Shown here: in pieces, positions 1-8,356 of the stretch
How the letters are laid out: each line of letters opens with the position of its first letter
How positions within the stretch are numbered: position 1 is the stretch's first letter
NCBI GenBank assembly: GCA_964640375.1
Contig: CAZXGU010000001.1
Coordinates: 1-55,254 of the forward strand
Origin: an uncultured Sangeribacter sp.
GTDB taxonomy: Bacteria; Bacteroidota; Bacteroidia; Bacteroidales; Muribaculaceae
Direction of reading: 5' to 3'
Length of the DNA: 55,254 bases
Notes under the pieces: generated by a model
Told to the model about the DNA's origin: nothing
The model's input: the letters and a program-made list of their open reading frames with translations, nothing else
The model's database searches: none
Translations under genes and position numbers: made by a program

Positions 1-52
1 AACCGTTGTACCCTTACGGGTACCCAGGGTTCGAATCCCTGTCTTTCCGCCA
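1..52 (+). tRNA. tRNA-Ser, 3' portion (5' end and anticodon lie outside the window)
   Basis: Long variable arm gtaccc-ttac-gggtac, T-arm caggg-TTCGAAT-ccctg, acceptor strand ending G-CCA at 49-52. A type II tRNA with discriminator G fits Ser. Confidence 0.85.
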
Positions 53-95
53 AATTTGCGCTAATTGTTTAATCCATAAACAATTAGCGCAAATT
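53..95 (+). terminator. Perfect 19-bp hairpin directly after the tRNA, probable terminator or processing signal
   Basis: aatttgcgctaattgttta (53-71) / atcca loop / taaacaattagcgcaaatt (77-95). No long U-tract follows. Confidence 0.55.
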
Positions 96-222
96 ATATA
101 GAAAATCATAGACAGTATATAGACACTGTTGTTTTTATCACCCCGCTACATCCTGAAAATCCCGATGAGATTTTAATTTTATTTCTGTTTATTTGTAATT
201 GATGATAATGGTTACAGGGAGT

Positions 223-675
223 TTATTCCCTTAACTTGGAATCGATGATTATCGTTACGGGTCCGTCGTTGGTTAAGGAAACTTGCATGTCGGCACCAAA
301 GACTCCTTGCTGAACTTTTTTACCCAATGTTTCTCCTAATTTTCGGCAATAGTCTTCATACAATGGAATGGCTAATTCATGCCCGGCAGCTCGAATATAA
401 CTTGGACGATTGCCTTTCCGAGTGGACGCGGTTAAGGTGAATTGACTTATTGCTAACACTTCTCCTCCTATCTGCTCGATAGATAGATTCATTACTCCTT
501 CGGAGTCATTGAAAATGCGCAACCCCGCCGTCTTGCGCACTAACCATTCCACATCTTCCTCACTATCCCCATTCTCAACTCCGACAAGTATCAGAAGGCC
601 TTTCCCTATTACCCCTTTAGTTTCTCCATCGACACTTACCTTAGCCTCTGAAACTCTTTGTATTACTATTCTCAT
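223..675 (-). CDS. dtd: D-aminoacyl-tRNA deacylase
   Basis: MRIVIQRV start, SQFTL motif, GNRPSY, and C-terminal NDGPVT (Gly-cisPro) motif. Confidence 0.97.
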   Translation of the reverse strand: MRIVIQRVSEAKVSVDGETKGVIGKGLLILVGVENGDSEEDVEWLVRKTAGLRIFNDSEGVMNLSIEQIGGEVLAISQFTLTASTRKGNRPSYIRAAGHELAIPLYEDYCRKLGETLGKKVQQGVFGADMQVSLTNDGPVTIIIDSKLRE

Positions 676-737
676 AAGAAACCCTAAATTATAGCAAAAC
701 CTATGACCACGTCTCCTTAAAATTAACGATACGGAGT

Positions 738-1145
738 CTAAAACGCAGCATTCGCATATTCATGAGCAAGGGAATGTATTCCTTCGAGGATTTTCTTCTC
801 CCTTGCAGGAGATGGCTTTTTAAATCCGTTAATATAATTCCGAAGCAATGTGGCATCAATATCTATCAATTTTGCGAACTCCGATATTTTAATCTCTTTA
901 TGTGTTAAAAAAAATCGTTGAAGAGGAGTCGGTTCTGCATCATCGTAGAAAAAACTTTCAAAACTAATATCTTCATCAATATTTCTCCAATGAAACCCAT
1001 CCACCCCAACAGTATAATCATTCCGTTGAAGAGCAGAAGCTTCATATAAACGTGGATACCATAACAAAGATTGAGACCACTCTTTACCTGTCTCATCAAT
1101 TCCAATAATATGCTTTTCAGTGAAATAAATTCTTTCTATCTTCAT
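738..1145 (-). CDS. DUF2442-family protein with C-terminal XRE-like HTH (putative antitoxin)
   Basis: L.WYPRL..AS...R...GFHW..IDEDISFE DUF2442 pattern; C-terminal ISEFAKLIDIDATLLRNYINGFKKPS helix-turn-helix. Confidence 0.8.
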   Translation of the reverse strand: MKIERIYFTEKHIIGIDETGKEWSQSLLWYPRLYEASALQRNDYTVGVDGFHWRNIDEDISFESFFYDDAEPTPLQRFFLTHKEIKISEFAKLIDIDATLLRNYINGFKKPSPAREKKILEGIHSLAHEYANAAF

Positions 1146-1147
1146 TT

Positions 1148-1393
1148 TCAGTCTATTTTCCCAAAGCGGTTAATCCATTCCTCAATAATTATCTCTATAT
1201 TCAATTCAGCAAATCGTCTTATTCTTTTTAAGTCATTTGCTTTAATATTATGAATCTCTCTTTGAATTAATTTTTTTTCAATAATATCAAATATCACATT
1301 TCCCCCATTTCCTTCTACATGAACATGTATTGGCTCATGCTCACGACTATAGAAGAAAAATATAAATCCTGCATATCTAAATAACTCCGGCAT
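1148..1393 (-). CDS. DUF4160-family protein (putative toxin of a DUF4160/DUF2442 pair)
   Basis: MPELFRYAGFIFFFYSREHEPIHVHV, 81 aa, 2 nt upstream of the DUF2442 gene. Confidence 0.85.
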   Translation of the reverse strand: MPELFRYAGFIFFFYSREHEPIHVHVEGNGGNVIFDIIEKKLIQREIHNIKANDLKRIRRFAELNIEIIIEEWINRFGKID

Positions 1394-1407
1394 AATTTAA
1401 TAGTTTA

Positions 1408-1451
1408 TGCAAATGTAGATAAAAATATCGATATTTTTATCTACATTTGCA
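1408..1451. promoter_or_regulatory. Perfect 44-bp palindrome carrying two divergent TAnnTTTG -7 elements
   Basis: tgcaaatgtagataaaaatatc|gatatttttatctacatttgca; TACATTTG at 1442-1449 (+) and 1410-1417 (-). Confidence 0.75.
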
Positions 1452-1474
1452 ATATAATTTCAAAATGATGTAAA

Positions 1475-1951
1475 ATGAAAAAAATCTTATATATTCTCTT
1501 GGCTGTAGGCTCTTTGGGAGTTTACAGTTGTGGAAGTGATTCTTCAAAATCTTCAGATAAGGATTCGGAAGAGAAAGTGGCAGATATTAATGTAAATGTT
1601 GAGGAGCAGCAAACAAAATTGGAGGAAGTGGAAATAGAAACTCCAAATGAAAAAGAAGTTATTGAAGAAGAAATTTCGGATTTCAATGAAACCTATGAGG
1701 ACGATTATTATTCAGATGAATATGAGGACTTAGATCTTGAAGAGGGCAAGAAGAAAGAGACTAATTGGCAAAAGACAAAGGGTGTATATAAGGCTGCTAA
1801 AAAGAAATTCAAGGATAAAAAGGATGAATGGAAAGAGGATCATGAGGAGGAAATCGAAAACGTAAAAGAGAAAACCAAGAATCTTAAAGAGAAAACTAAA
1901 GACAAAGTCGGCTCTTGGCTTGATAAAATGCGCGAGAAACTGGAAGATTGA
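1475..1951 (+). CDS. Hypothetical lipoprotein, acidic linker and Lys/Glu-rich helical C-terminus
   Basis: Signal peptide with lipobox VYSC; low-complexity charged sequence. Confidence 0.8.
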   Translation: MKKILYILLAVGSLGVYSCGSDSSKSSDKDSEEKVADINVNVEEQQTKLEEVEIETPNEKEVIEEEISDFNETYEDDYYSDEYEDLDLEEGKKKETNWQKTKGVYKAAKKKFKDKKDEWKEDHEEEIENVKEKTKNLKEKTKDKVGSWLDKMREKLED

Positions 1952-1954
1952 ACT

Positions 1955-2917
1955 TTACTTTAATCTTACCACCCGAAAACCGGGTGCGGAACGGTTGGAG
2001 GTGCGGAAATAATCGTGAAGGGGAGTGGTTTCAAAAACTACTTTCCCTTTTTTCATAGAGGCATGTATCATGTAGGGTTTTCCATCCACCATTCGAAGCA
2101 GTGCCACGTGGCTCGAATCAAGTCCTTCCACATTGCTCACAAAAGAAATCATGTCGCTCGTTTCCAATATTTCAGCTACTTCCGGATTCGCTGCATCATA
2201 ACGACTGATATAAGGAATCGTAATATCTCGCAAACTTTCTTCAGCCTTTTTGCAACCTCTAAAAACAGAATCAACTGATAAAGCAGGGTACAGGTCGCGA
2301 TGGGTTGTCATAAAATTCAAGGTTTTTCGGATTTTCTTATAATCCGGTATTGAAGTTGTTACATCTGTAAGATTGTCTCTCATAATATTATCGGAGATCC
2401 AGTCAGAGGTGTAATGAAGTCGCGAATCAAAATTTTGTTGCTGACCGTTTCGATATCTTAATTTTTCAAGGTTACGGGCATGATCACGCCATGATGTTGA
2501 ACCGGCTTCCGCTGTCTTTGCCAAAGCGAAACAGTTTTCAACAAAAGTGACGCAATCAAGTCCATCCACATTTATCACCAAACGCTCCTCATCGCCTTCC
2601 AAGGTCTGACCCACGTATGGCCGTCCCTCTAAATGCTTGGCAGCTTCAAGAATTATTTCGTTCAGAGGTTGATCCTTTAGTTTGGAAAGAGTGGTTAAAA
2701 TGTACTCGATTTCAGCCGTATCTTTTTCACAATGAAAGCGAAATTTTGAGATATCCTCCTCTTGTTTAGATTCGTGTGTTGAACTAATGGAGAATAGCAC
2801 AGTGGGTTGAGTGATATTGTCTGATTCTCCATTGGCTTTAAAGCAGAAGAATCCGAAAGTTGTTGCCAAAACGCAACCACATAAAAGGAAACATGTAAAA
2901 AATTTATTGAATCTCAT
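1955..2917 (-). CDS. DUF1460 / NlpC-P60-type N-acetylmuramoyl-L-alanine amidase-like protein
   Basis: G.PYV..TLE, LDCVTFVE (catalytic Cys), RLHYTSDW, SHVAL and IHAS motifs; N-terminal hydrophobic segment. Confidence 0.85.
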   Translation of the reverse strand: MRFNKFFTCFLLCGCVLATTFGFFCFKANGESDNITQPTVLFSISSTHESKQEEDISKFRFHCEKDTAEIEYILTTLSKLKDQPLNEIILEAAKHLEGRPYVGQTLEGDEERLVINVDGLDCVTFVENCFALAKTAEAGSTSWRDHARNLEKLRYRNGQQQNFDSRLHYTSDWISDNIMRDNLTDVTTSIPDYKKIRKTLNFMTTHRDLYPALSVDSVFRGCKKAEESLRDITIPYISRYDAANPEVAEILETSDMISFVSNVEGLDSSHVALLRMVDGKPYMIHASMKKGKVVFETTPLHDYFRTSNRSAPGFRVVRLK

Positions 2918-3114
2918 ACCTCACATTTCTGCAAAGGTAACTATAAAAAACATATTTCCAAAATGAACTCTATTGTCAGTTCCCTTGACTTTTACATTTC
3001 AAGGTGGGGAGGTATATTTAACTAAAAAGAAAAATATTAATAAAGATCTAAGAAAATAGCTTAAAATTCAACTATTATTTATATATTTGCAATCTAACAG
3101 CTCAATATTAAGCT

Positions 3115-3201
3115 ATGGATGAAAATATTTATATTTTATCTGATGCCGAAATACGTAGAAGGATAGGAAAGAAACTCTATGATAAACAATATCCATTCTG
3201 A
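3115..3201 (+). pseudogene. Probable truncated XRE/HipB-like regulator N-terminus (MDENIYILSDAEIRRRIGKKLYDKQYPF*)
   Basis: 28-aa ORF after a TATATTTG -7 box (3082-3089). It resembles the IY.LSD.EI...IG.KL N-terminus of Bacteroidales XRE proteins but stops before the HTH. Confidence 0.5.
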
Positions 3202-3311
3202 ACTAAAATTAAATTTATAAATTCTAACCTCCATGGGGAATGCTCTAAATAGACAAAATATTTTAGCTATTTTCCTATCGAATACAGAAAATTTCTTTAA
3301 CTTTGCATTAT

Positions 3312-3576
3312 CCAAGCGGAAGAGAAATGCCACAAGGATGAAAAGAGTCTTACTCTCTTTCTCAGCTATAACGAACCGCCAATTCAATCATCAATCTGAG
3401 AGAAGTGAGATTAGACGCTCATTTCTATTTATGTGTAAAAGCTGTAACCTCGGTATGGGGTGAAGTAACTATACACAATATAGAGGGCAGTTTATTCTTA
3501 CCGACAATCATTTAGGTTGAGGCCTTGGCGGGCCTGTTATAGCTATGATTAAGGTGGGATAAACGCCCCTCTTTTT
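3312..3576 (+). ncRNA. Putative structured ncRNA or leader (three hairpins, unknown family)
   Basis: TAACTTTG -7 box at 3298-3305; stems 3346-3365/3396-3412, 3432-3437/3472-3477 and 3482-3502/3553-3572, followed by a T-run. Confidence 0.5.
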
Positions 3577-3623
3577 ATAGTAAGTGATATATTAGGTTGT
3601 ATTAAGTATTGTCTTAGGAATAA

Positions 3624-4586
3624 ATGAAAAAGAGGTCTATCATAATTCTTTCGCTTTTATTTTCGCTGTCCCTCATTGCGTGCCATGATATTGCTGAGCC
3701 CCAAATAGGGGAGCAGGTGTATGTTCCGGTTAAGCCTGATTATAATAACCCTTTAATGTGGAATATAATTCTTAATGATTCCACAGGTGAAGGTGCCGAC
3801 GTGTTTTATATTCCCTCAACTTGGGAATATGACTGGACCACCACCGACGGTCGAATCTGTCATTATGCCGACCCTTCACGCGAAGATCATCGAGCGGACA
3901 TGGCAATAGAGATGACAGGCGTGGCCGACTATATGGCTGAAGGAAACCGTTTCTATTCCCCATACTATCGCCATATTACCCTCGATTCATGGGCAACCCT
4001 AAACGAGGATACAATCAATCGTCGTTACGGGGAAGTCAGCTTTGAAGATATTCGCAATTCTTTCAAATATTTTTTAGAAAATAAAAATAATGGTCGTCCT
4101 TTCTTTCTTGCCGGTTTCAGCCAAGGAGGAAAGTCAGTTGTCGAGCTCCTAAAAATAATGGATGAGGACACTCGGAAAAGAATGATCGCTGCATACGTGA
4201 TGGGATATAAGGTAACTCCCGAAGACATAGCCTCTTATCCATATATTACAGCAGCACAAGATTCAATCGACACAGGAGTGGTGATTTGTTATAATTCCGT
4301 ATCCGATGTTAAATATTTAAAACCGGTGGTCAGCGCTCCTAACGTAATGTGCATAAACCCAGTAAATTGGCTCACTGATTCCACCCCAGCCACCCTTAAC
4401 GATACAATCACTGTTACTCTTGACCCTCAGGCCAAAGTATTAGTAGTGGAGGGTTACGATGGCAGCTCTTTACCCAATATCCTCGACATTCTTAACACCG
4501 GCGATTACCATGGTGCTGAGCCATGGCTATACAGCGAATGTCTCCGTAAAAACTTCCGCCAGCGGAGAGAAAATTTCAATAAATGA
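3624..4586 (+). CDS. DUF3089-family alpha/beta-hydrolase lipoprotein
   Basis: Lipobox LIAC; ADVFYIPST, YSPYYR, GRPFFLAGFSQGG nucleophile elbow, C-terminal GDYH. Confidence 0.85.
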   Translation: MKKRSIIILSLLFSLSLIACHDIAEPQIGEQVYVPVKPDYNNPLMWNIILNDSTGEGADVFYIPSTWEYDWTTTDGRICHYADPSREDHRADMAIEMTGVADYMAEGNRFYSPYYRHITLDSWATLNEDTINRRYGEVSFEDIRNSFKYFLENKNNGRPFFLAGFSQGGKSVVELLKIMDEDTRKRMIAAYVMGYKVTPEDIASYPYITAAQDSIDTGVVICYNSVSDVKYLKPVVSAPNVMCINPVNWLTDSTPATLNDTITVTLDPQAKVLVVEGYDGSSLPNILDILNTGDYHGAEPWLYSECLRKNFRQRRENFNK

Positions 4587-4593
4587 AGATTGT

Positions 4594-6237
4594 TTATATA
4601 TTCATGTTTTTTCGATACTGAGCTGGCGTGATTCCGAACACTTTATTAAAGTGACTGTAATAAGTGGCGCGTCGCACATAGCCACATTCCACTGCTATTG
4701 CATCGATGGTCCAATCTGGATGTTCTTGAATAAGCTTCACGGAATATTCCACTCTAAGTTTATTGATATAGTCGTTGGGATTTAGGCCGGTGAATTTATC
4801 AATCAAAGCCACGATTCTGGCTCTTGATAATCCGCAAACCTCAGCAATGCTATCACGGTTGAAATTCTGATCCTTAAACAAATTGTCACTCATCAGAGTG
4901 TGTTGCATCTTTGTGAAAGTCTCAAAATCCTCTTCATTTCCCTCAGAGAAATCAAAATCCATTTTATTCAACTCTAAAAGTTGGTCCACTCTCTTGGCCG
5001 CAATCTTCTGCTGGCGAACACTCGAACGATAAGCCCGCCATAGAATAAGAAGAATTAATATCACCAAGATTCCAATGCCGATTGCAGAAATCATCCAGAT
5101 ATGTTTCTTTTGCAAAGACACTTTCATATTAAGCAGCTCCATTTCCTTCTCATTGAGAGAAAAGAGAGAAGCCATCTCTTGGGTGCGTAAATTATTCTCT
5201 CGTGCTGTCAAACTGTCTTTGATTAATGCAGCTCTTTGCGCCAGAGAATAAGCTTCCCGAAACCTTCCTAATCCTGCTAAGGCCTTAGAATCAGATTCTA
5301 ACAAACTACGGTAATCATCGTTTATTGTATCCCCCTTTGCAAGAATGGGATATAGTGGGGCAGTAAAATCCATTACAGTCTTCCAATTGGAGGAATCAAG
5401 AAGGTAATCCATGATATAAGCTCTACCAATGGGGCTCGATGCATAGTCTGTTGCCATAAATTTATTGTACGCATCTTTGGCTTCATCCCGTTTTCCGGCC
5501 CTTTCTGCGCAAGAAGCAATCCGAGCGTAGGCGTAGGCTCGCTGTTGATCTGTGAAACCTTCCGGCGCACCTCCTAATTTATCAATCCGTTCAATAATAT
5601 CGAGCCGTTTTCTACCTTCTTCCAATCCCTCGTTAAACTTTTCATCCGTATATAGTTCCACTATCTTTACCCCGTAGGCAGCCGATACATTAGCTAATGT
5701 GCGGACGTTTTTAGAATTTGAGCCCTCGGAGATGATTCTGTCCAAGTATTGATATCCTTGTTTGCGATCGCCCATGGCAAATGAAGTTTTACTCATGGTG
5801 GTGAGGATATTGAAAAGGGCAGCTTCATTATTCAATTTGCGAGCTATCTTCATCGCTTCAGTTGACGATGCTATGCTTCCTTGAAAGTTGCCATAATATG
5901 CCTGGGCTGTAGAAAGAAGTGTAAGAGCATTTAATCGCTCCTTATCATGGTGCGAGATAGAATCGTCTGAAAGAACTTCTCGAGCATATTTTTCTACAAG
6001 TGAAAACATCCTCTTCTCATTATATGCCAAACTCCGAAGCAAGGAAATTTTGTAGGAGGGAAGTGATGACTTTTTCTCACTTTCTATTTTATCGAGAATA
6101 AGCAACACGCTATCGGGAGATTCCACCAATAAATTACGAATTTCTTCTTCCGATGCTACCGATCTCCCGACACCTCTCATTCCTGGAATGTGCATGAACA
6201 GAATTATTATCAATATGAGCAGACGAGTTGTTTTCAT
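4594..6237 (-). CDS. Membrane-anchored TPR-sensor AraC-family transcriptional regulator
   Basis: Likely start MKTTRLL (6237) with signal/TM segment, TPR-like helices, second TM (WMISAIGIGILVILILLILW), AraC C-terminus (DYINKLRV...TIDAIAVECGY...FNKVFGITPAQYR). Confidence 0.9.
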   Translation of the reverse strand: MKTTRLLILIIILFMHIPGMRGVGRSVASEEEIRNLLVESPDSVLLILDKIESEKKSSLPSYKISLLRSLAYNEKRMFSLVEKYAREVLSDDSISHHDKERLNALTLLSTAQAYYGNFQGSIASSTEAMKIARKLNNEAALFNILTTMSKTSFAMGDRKQGYQYLDRIISEGSNSKNVRTLANVSAAYGVKIVELYTDEKFNEGLEEGRKRLDIIERIDKLGGAPEGFTDQQRAYAYARIASCAERAGKRDEAKDAYNKFMATDYASSPIGRAYIMDYLLDSSNWKTVMDFTAPLYPILAKGDTINDDYRSLLESDSKALAGLGRFREAYSLAQRAALIKDSLTARENNLRTQEMASLFSLNEKEMELLNMKVSLQKKHIWMISAIGIGILVILILLILWRAYRSSVRQQKIAAKRVDQLLELNKMDFDFSEGNEEDFETFTKMQHTLMSDNLFKDQNFNRDSIAEVCGLSRARIVALIDKFTGLNPNDYINKLRVEYSVKLIQEHPDWTIDAIAVECGYVRRATYYSHFNKVFGITPAQYRKNMNI

Positions 6238-6333
6238 GGCTGCAAAGTTATAAAAAATTACTTTATGAAAACTATTTGTGGGAAGGAAACTAAAATGAGA
6301 GTGAAAGGACATAAATTATTGATACTCACAGAA

Positions 6334-6454
6334 TAGACAAAAAGAGTACAAAAATGAGTACAAACTTTACAGGCATGTACTCATCAAAAAAGGGAAATAA
6401 GTACAAACATTAGGACTTTTAATTTGACTTATCATAAAGTGAAATATAACTTTG
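6334..6454 (+). promoter_or_regulatory. Promoter of the MACPF operon with upstream (A/G)AGTACAAA repeats, probable AraC sites
   Basis: TTTG (6423-6426)-N20-TAACTTTG (6447-6454); gagtacaaa at 6344 and 6356, aagtacaaa at 6399, inverted tgtactc at 6376. Confidence 0.7.
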
Positions 6455-6485
6455 CAAACCTAACAATTAATTAAAATAAAAATCT

Positions 6486-7058
6486 ATGGAAACTAACATT
6501 TCTAAATCTATGAGAAAACTTTTGCTTTTCTTCCTTTTGCTGATTCCGATGTTCGGTTTTACAGCTTGCGGCGATGATAATGACGAGCCTGACACTCCCC
6601 CGACGCAAAATCCCACTGTGGTGAAAGTTGCCACGGTGACTGCTCAGTACAAAATTCTTCTCGGTCAAGCATGGTTTGATTTCTTCGATATTGTAGTTAA
6701 CTACACCTCTGTGGGAGGAGATAAAAAGGTGGTTTTGACAGAAGATATGATGGAGAACTTCACGTTGCCCTATTCTGAATCGCCAAATACTTTTATATGC
6801 TCTATTGTGGCCAAACCAAAAAGCACTCATCCAGAGATTAAAGAGAATGGAAAATACAATTTATCCAACGATATAGAGGCCTCAGTTTTTGGGAAAGATG
6901 CTAACGGAACTGAAATAGATGGTTTCGGCTATATGGGTAGCAATTATTCCGTTTTCCCTGAAGCCTCTGCCAAAGAGTTAAAATCTAAAATGGAAAAAGA
7001 ACGCACTCTCCTTAACTTTTCATATACTTTAGAACCCTCCGACATCAGACAGCAGTAA
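6486..7058 (+). CDS. Hypothetical surface lipoprotein, first gene of the MACPF operon (start may be 6510)
   Basis: Lipobox FTAC followed by acidic GDDNDE export-type signal; beta-rich sequence. Confidence 0.8.
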   Translation: METNISKSMRKLLLFFLLLIPMFGFTACGDDNDEPDTPPTQNPTVVKVATVTAQYKILLGQAWFDFFDIVVNYTSVGGDKKVVLTEDMMENFTLPYSESPNTFICSIVAKPKSTHPEIKENGKYNLSNDIEASVFGKDANGTEIDGFGYMGSNYSVFPEASAKELKSKMEKERTLLNFSYTLEPSDIRQQ

Positions 7059-7064
7059 CAAAAA

Positions 7065-8345
7065 ATGAAGAACAAGATAATAATATTGAAGACGGGATTA
7101 TTCCTGTCTTCACTCTCGGTATTGCTTTCCGGATGCCAAGACAACATAAATTCTGAGGAGAGCTCATATAAAACTGTCTTGAATATAGATGCAGCAAGTG
7201 ATACCTACAATCTTAGCCATAATAATAAACAAGGAACTTGGGAACTAACCTCTTATCCTGAGTGGGCCACTCCTGTCGATAGTTGCGGAAATGTCCAAAC
7301 CGACCTGAAGATTTACTTTGAGAGCAACGGAAGAGGCGAGGATCGCTCCGGCGAGTTGGAAATAACCTATAACGATGGCTCAAAACAAAAAGTCCAGGTT
7401 AATCAGAGCCGTGCAAACGAAAGTTTTCATCTTGAAAGAGCCCAAGGTGTGGGGTGGGGAATGGATGTCGGCAGCTACATGGATAGTCGTGGTCTTACCG
7501 ATCAGATTTTCAATACTGAGAAAATACGTGCTTTCAATAAGAATGCTGTCACATATTCCGTGGGCAATAAGCTAAGTATCCTCTACTTTCAGGGAGAAAG
7601 CATTGACAAAGTGCAACAGTCGCTTACTGCTTCCCTAAATCTTAATGTGAAAATCAGTGCATTCGATGCCACTCTTAATGGAGCCTTCGACAAGACGTCA
7701 ATGAAAGATTCGCAACGTTATTTCTCTTGGATGCGAGGCACATTCCAGAAGAAGCAGGTTACGATGCACATTGATGTGACCGATGCTCAACGCAACAATC
7801 TTTTCACCCATGACTTTGCAATTATGCGTCAGCGCGTCATTGATTCTGAAGGGTCAGAGGAGGCGATTCGAGAGCTAATTGAAAGATATGGCACACATTA
7901 TATATGGAACGCCGGGTTGGGAGGATATATTGATTATTTCTATTCCTTTGTTCAAAGCATGGAGTCGGATAAAATGAATATTAAAGCCGCCTTGCAGTGC
8001 AGCTATGAGAAAAAATTCGGTCTAAAGGCCACTGTGGAATATAACACGGCATTTGAGGCTGCAAATTCGGAGAAAATAGAAAAATTCTTTGTGCGCGGAG
8101 GAGATGCAATGACCCTCACAAACTGTGTGGCCTCAGGAAATATCGGAGAACAGCCCGTGACTGCTTGGCAAACTAAACTTGAAAAGGATGATCAATTCGA
8201 ACTTATCACATTCAGTCTAAGAAGCATCTCATCCCTTTTCCCTAACGACGCACCAACAAGAATAGCAACAAAAATTGATGACTACATCTCCAGAGTGCTG
8301 TATTATAATAATCTACCGCTTACTCGATCGGAAAAGAAACGTTAA
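7065..8345 (+). CDS. BACON + MACPF (perforin-like) lipoprotein 1
   Basis: Lipobox LSGC; BACON-like W...PEW..N....RSGEL......V.Q; GVGWGMDV; MACPF signature YGTHYIWNAGLGG; VRGG. Ends right after the MACPF domain. Confidence 0.88.
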   Translation: MKNKIIILKTGLFLSSLSVLLSGCQDNINSEESSYKTVLNIDAASDTYNLSHNNKQGTWELTSYPEWATPVDSCGNVQTDLKIYFESNGRGEDRSGELEITYNDGSKQKVQVNQSRANESFHLERAQGVGWGMDVGSYMDSRGLTDQIFNTEKIRAFNKNAVTYSVGNKLSILYFQGESIDKVQQSLTASLNLNVKISAFDATLNGAFDKTSMKDSQRYFSWMRGTFQKKQVTMHIDVTDAQRNNLFTHDFAIMRQRVIDSEGSEEAIRELIERYGTHYIWNAGLGGYIDYFYSFVQSMESDKMNIKAALQCSYEKKFGLKATVEYNTAFEAANSEKIEKFFVRGGDAMTLTNCVASGNIGEQPVTAWQTKLEKDDQFELITFSLRSISSLFPNDAPTRIATKIDDYISRVLYYNNLPLTRSEKKR

Positions 8346-8356
8346 ACCTTTAAGAA

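Noticed and set aside
3136-3463. ORFs 3136-3387 (-) and 3233-3463 (+)
   Set aside because: They overlap a promoter and the structured element, are AT-rich and show no protein motifs; not called as genes.
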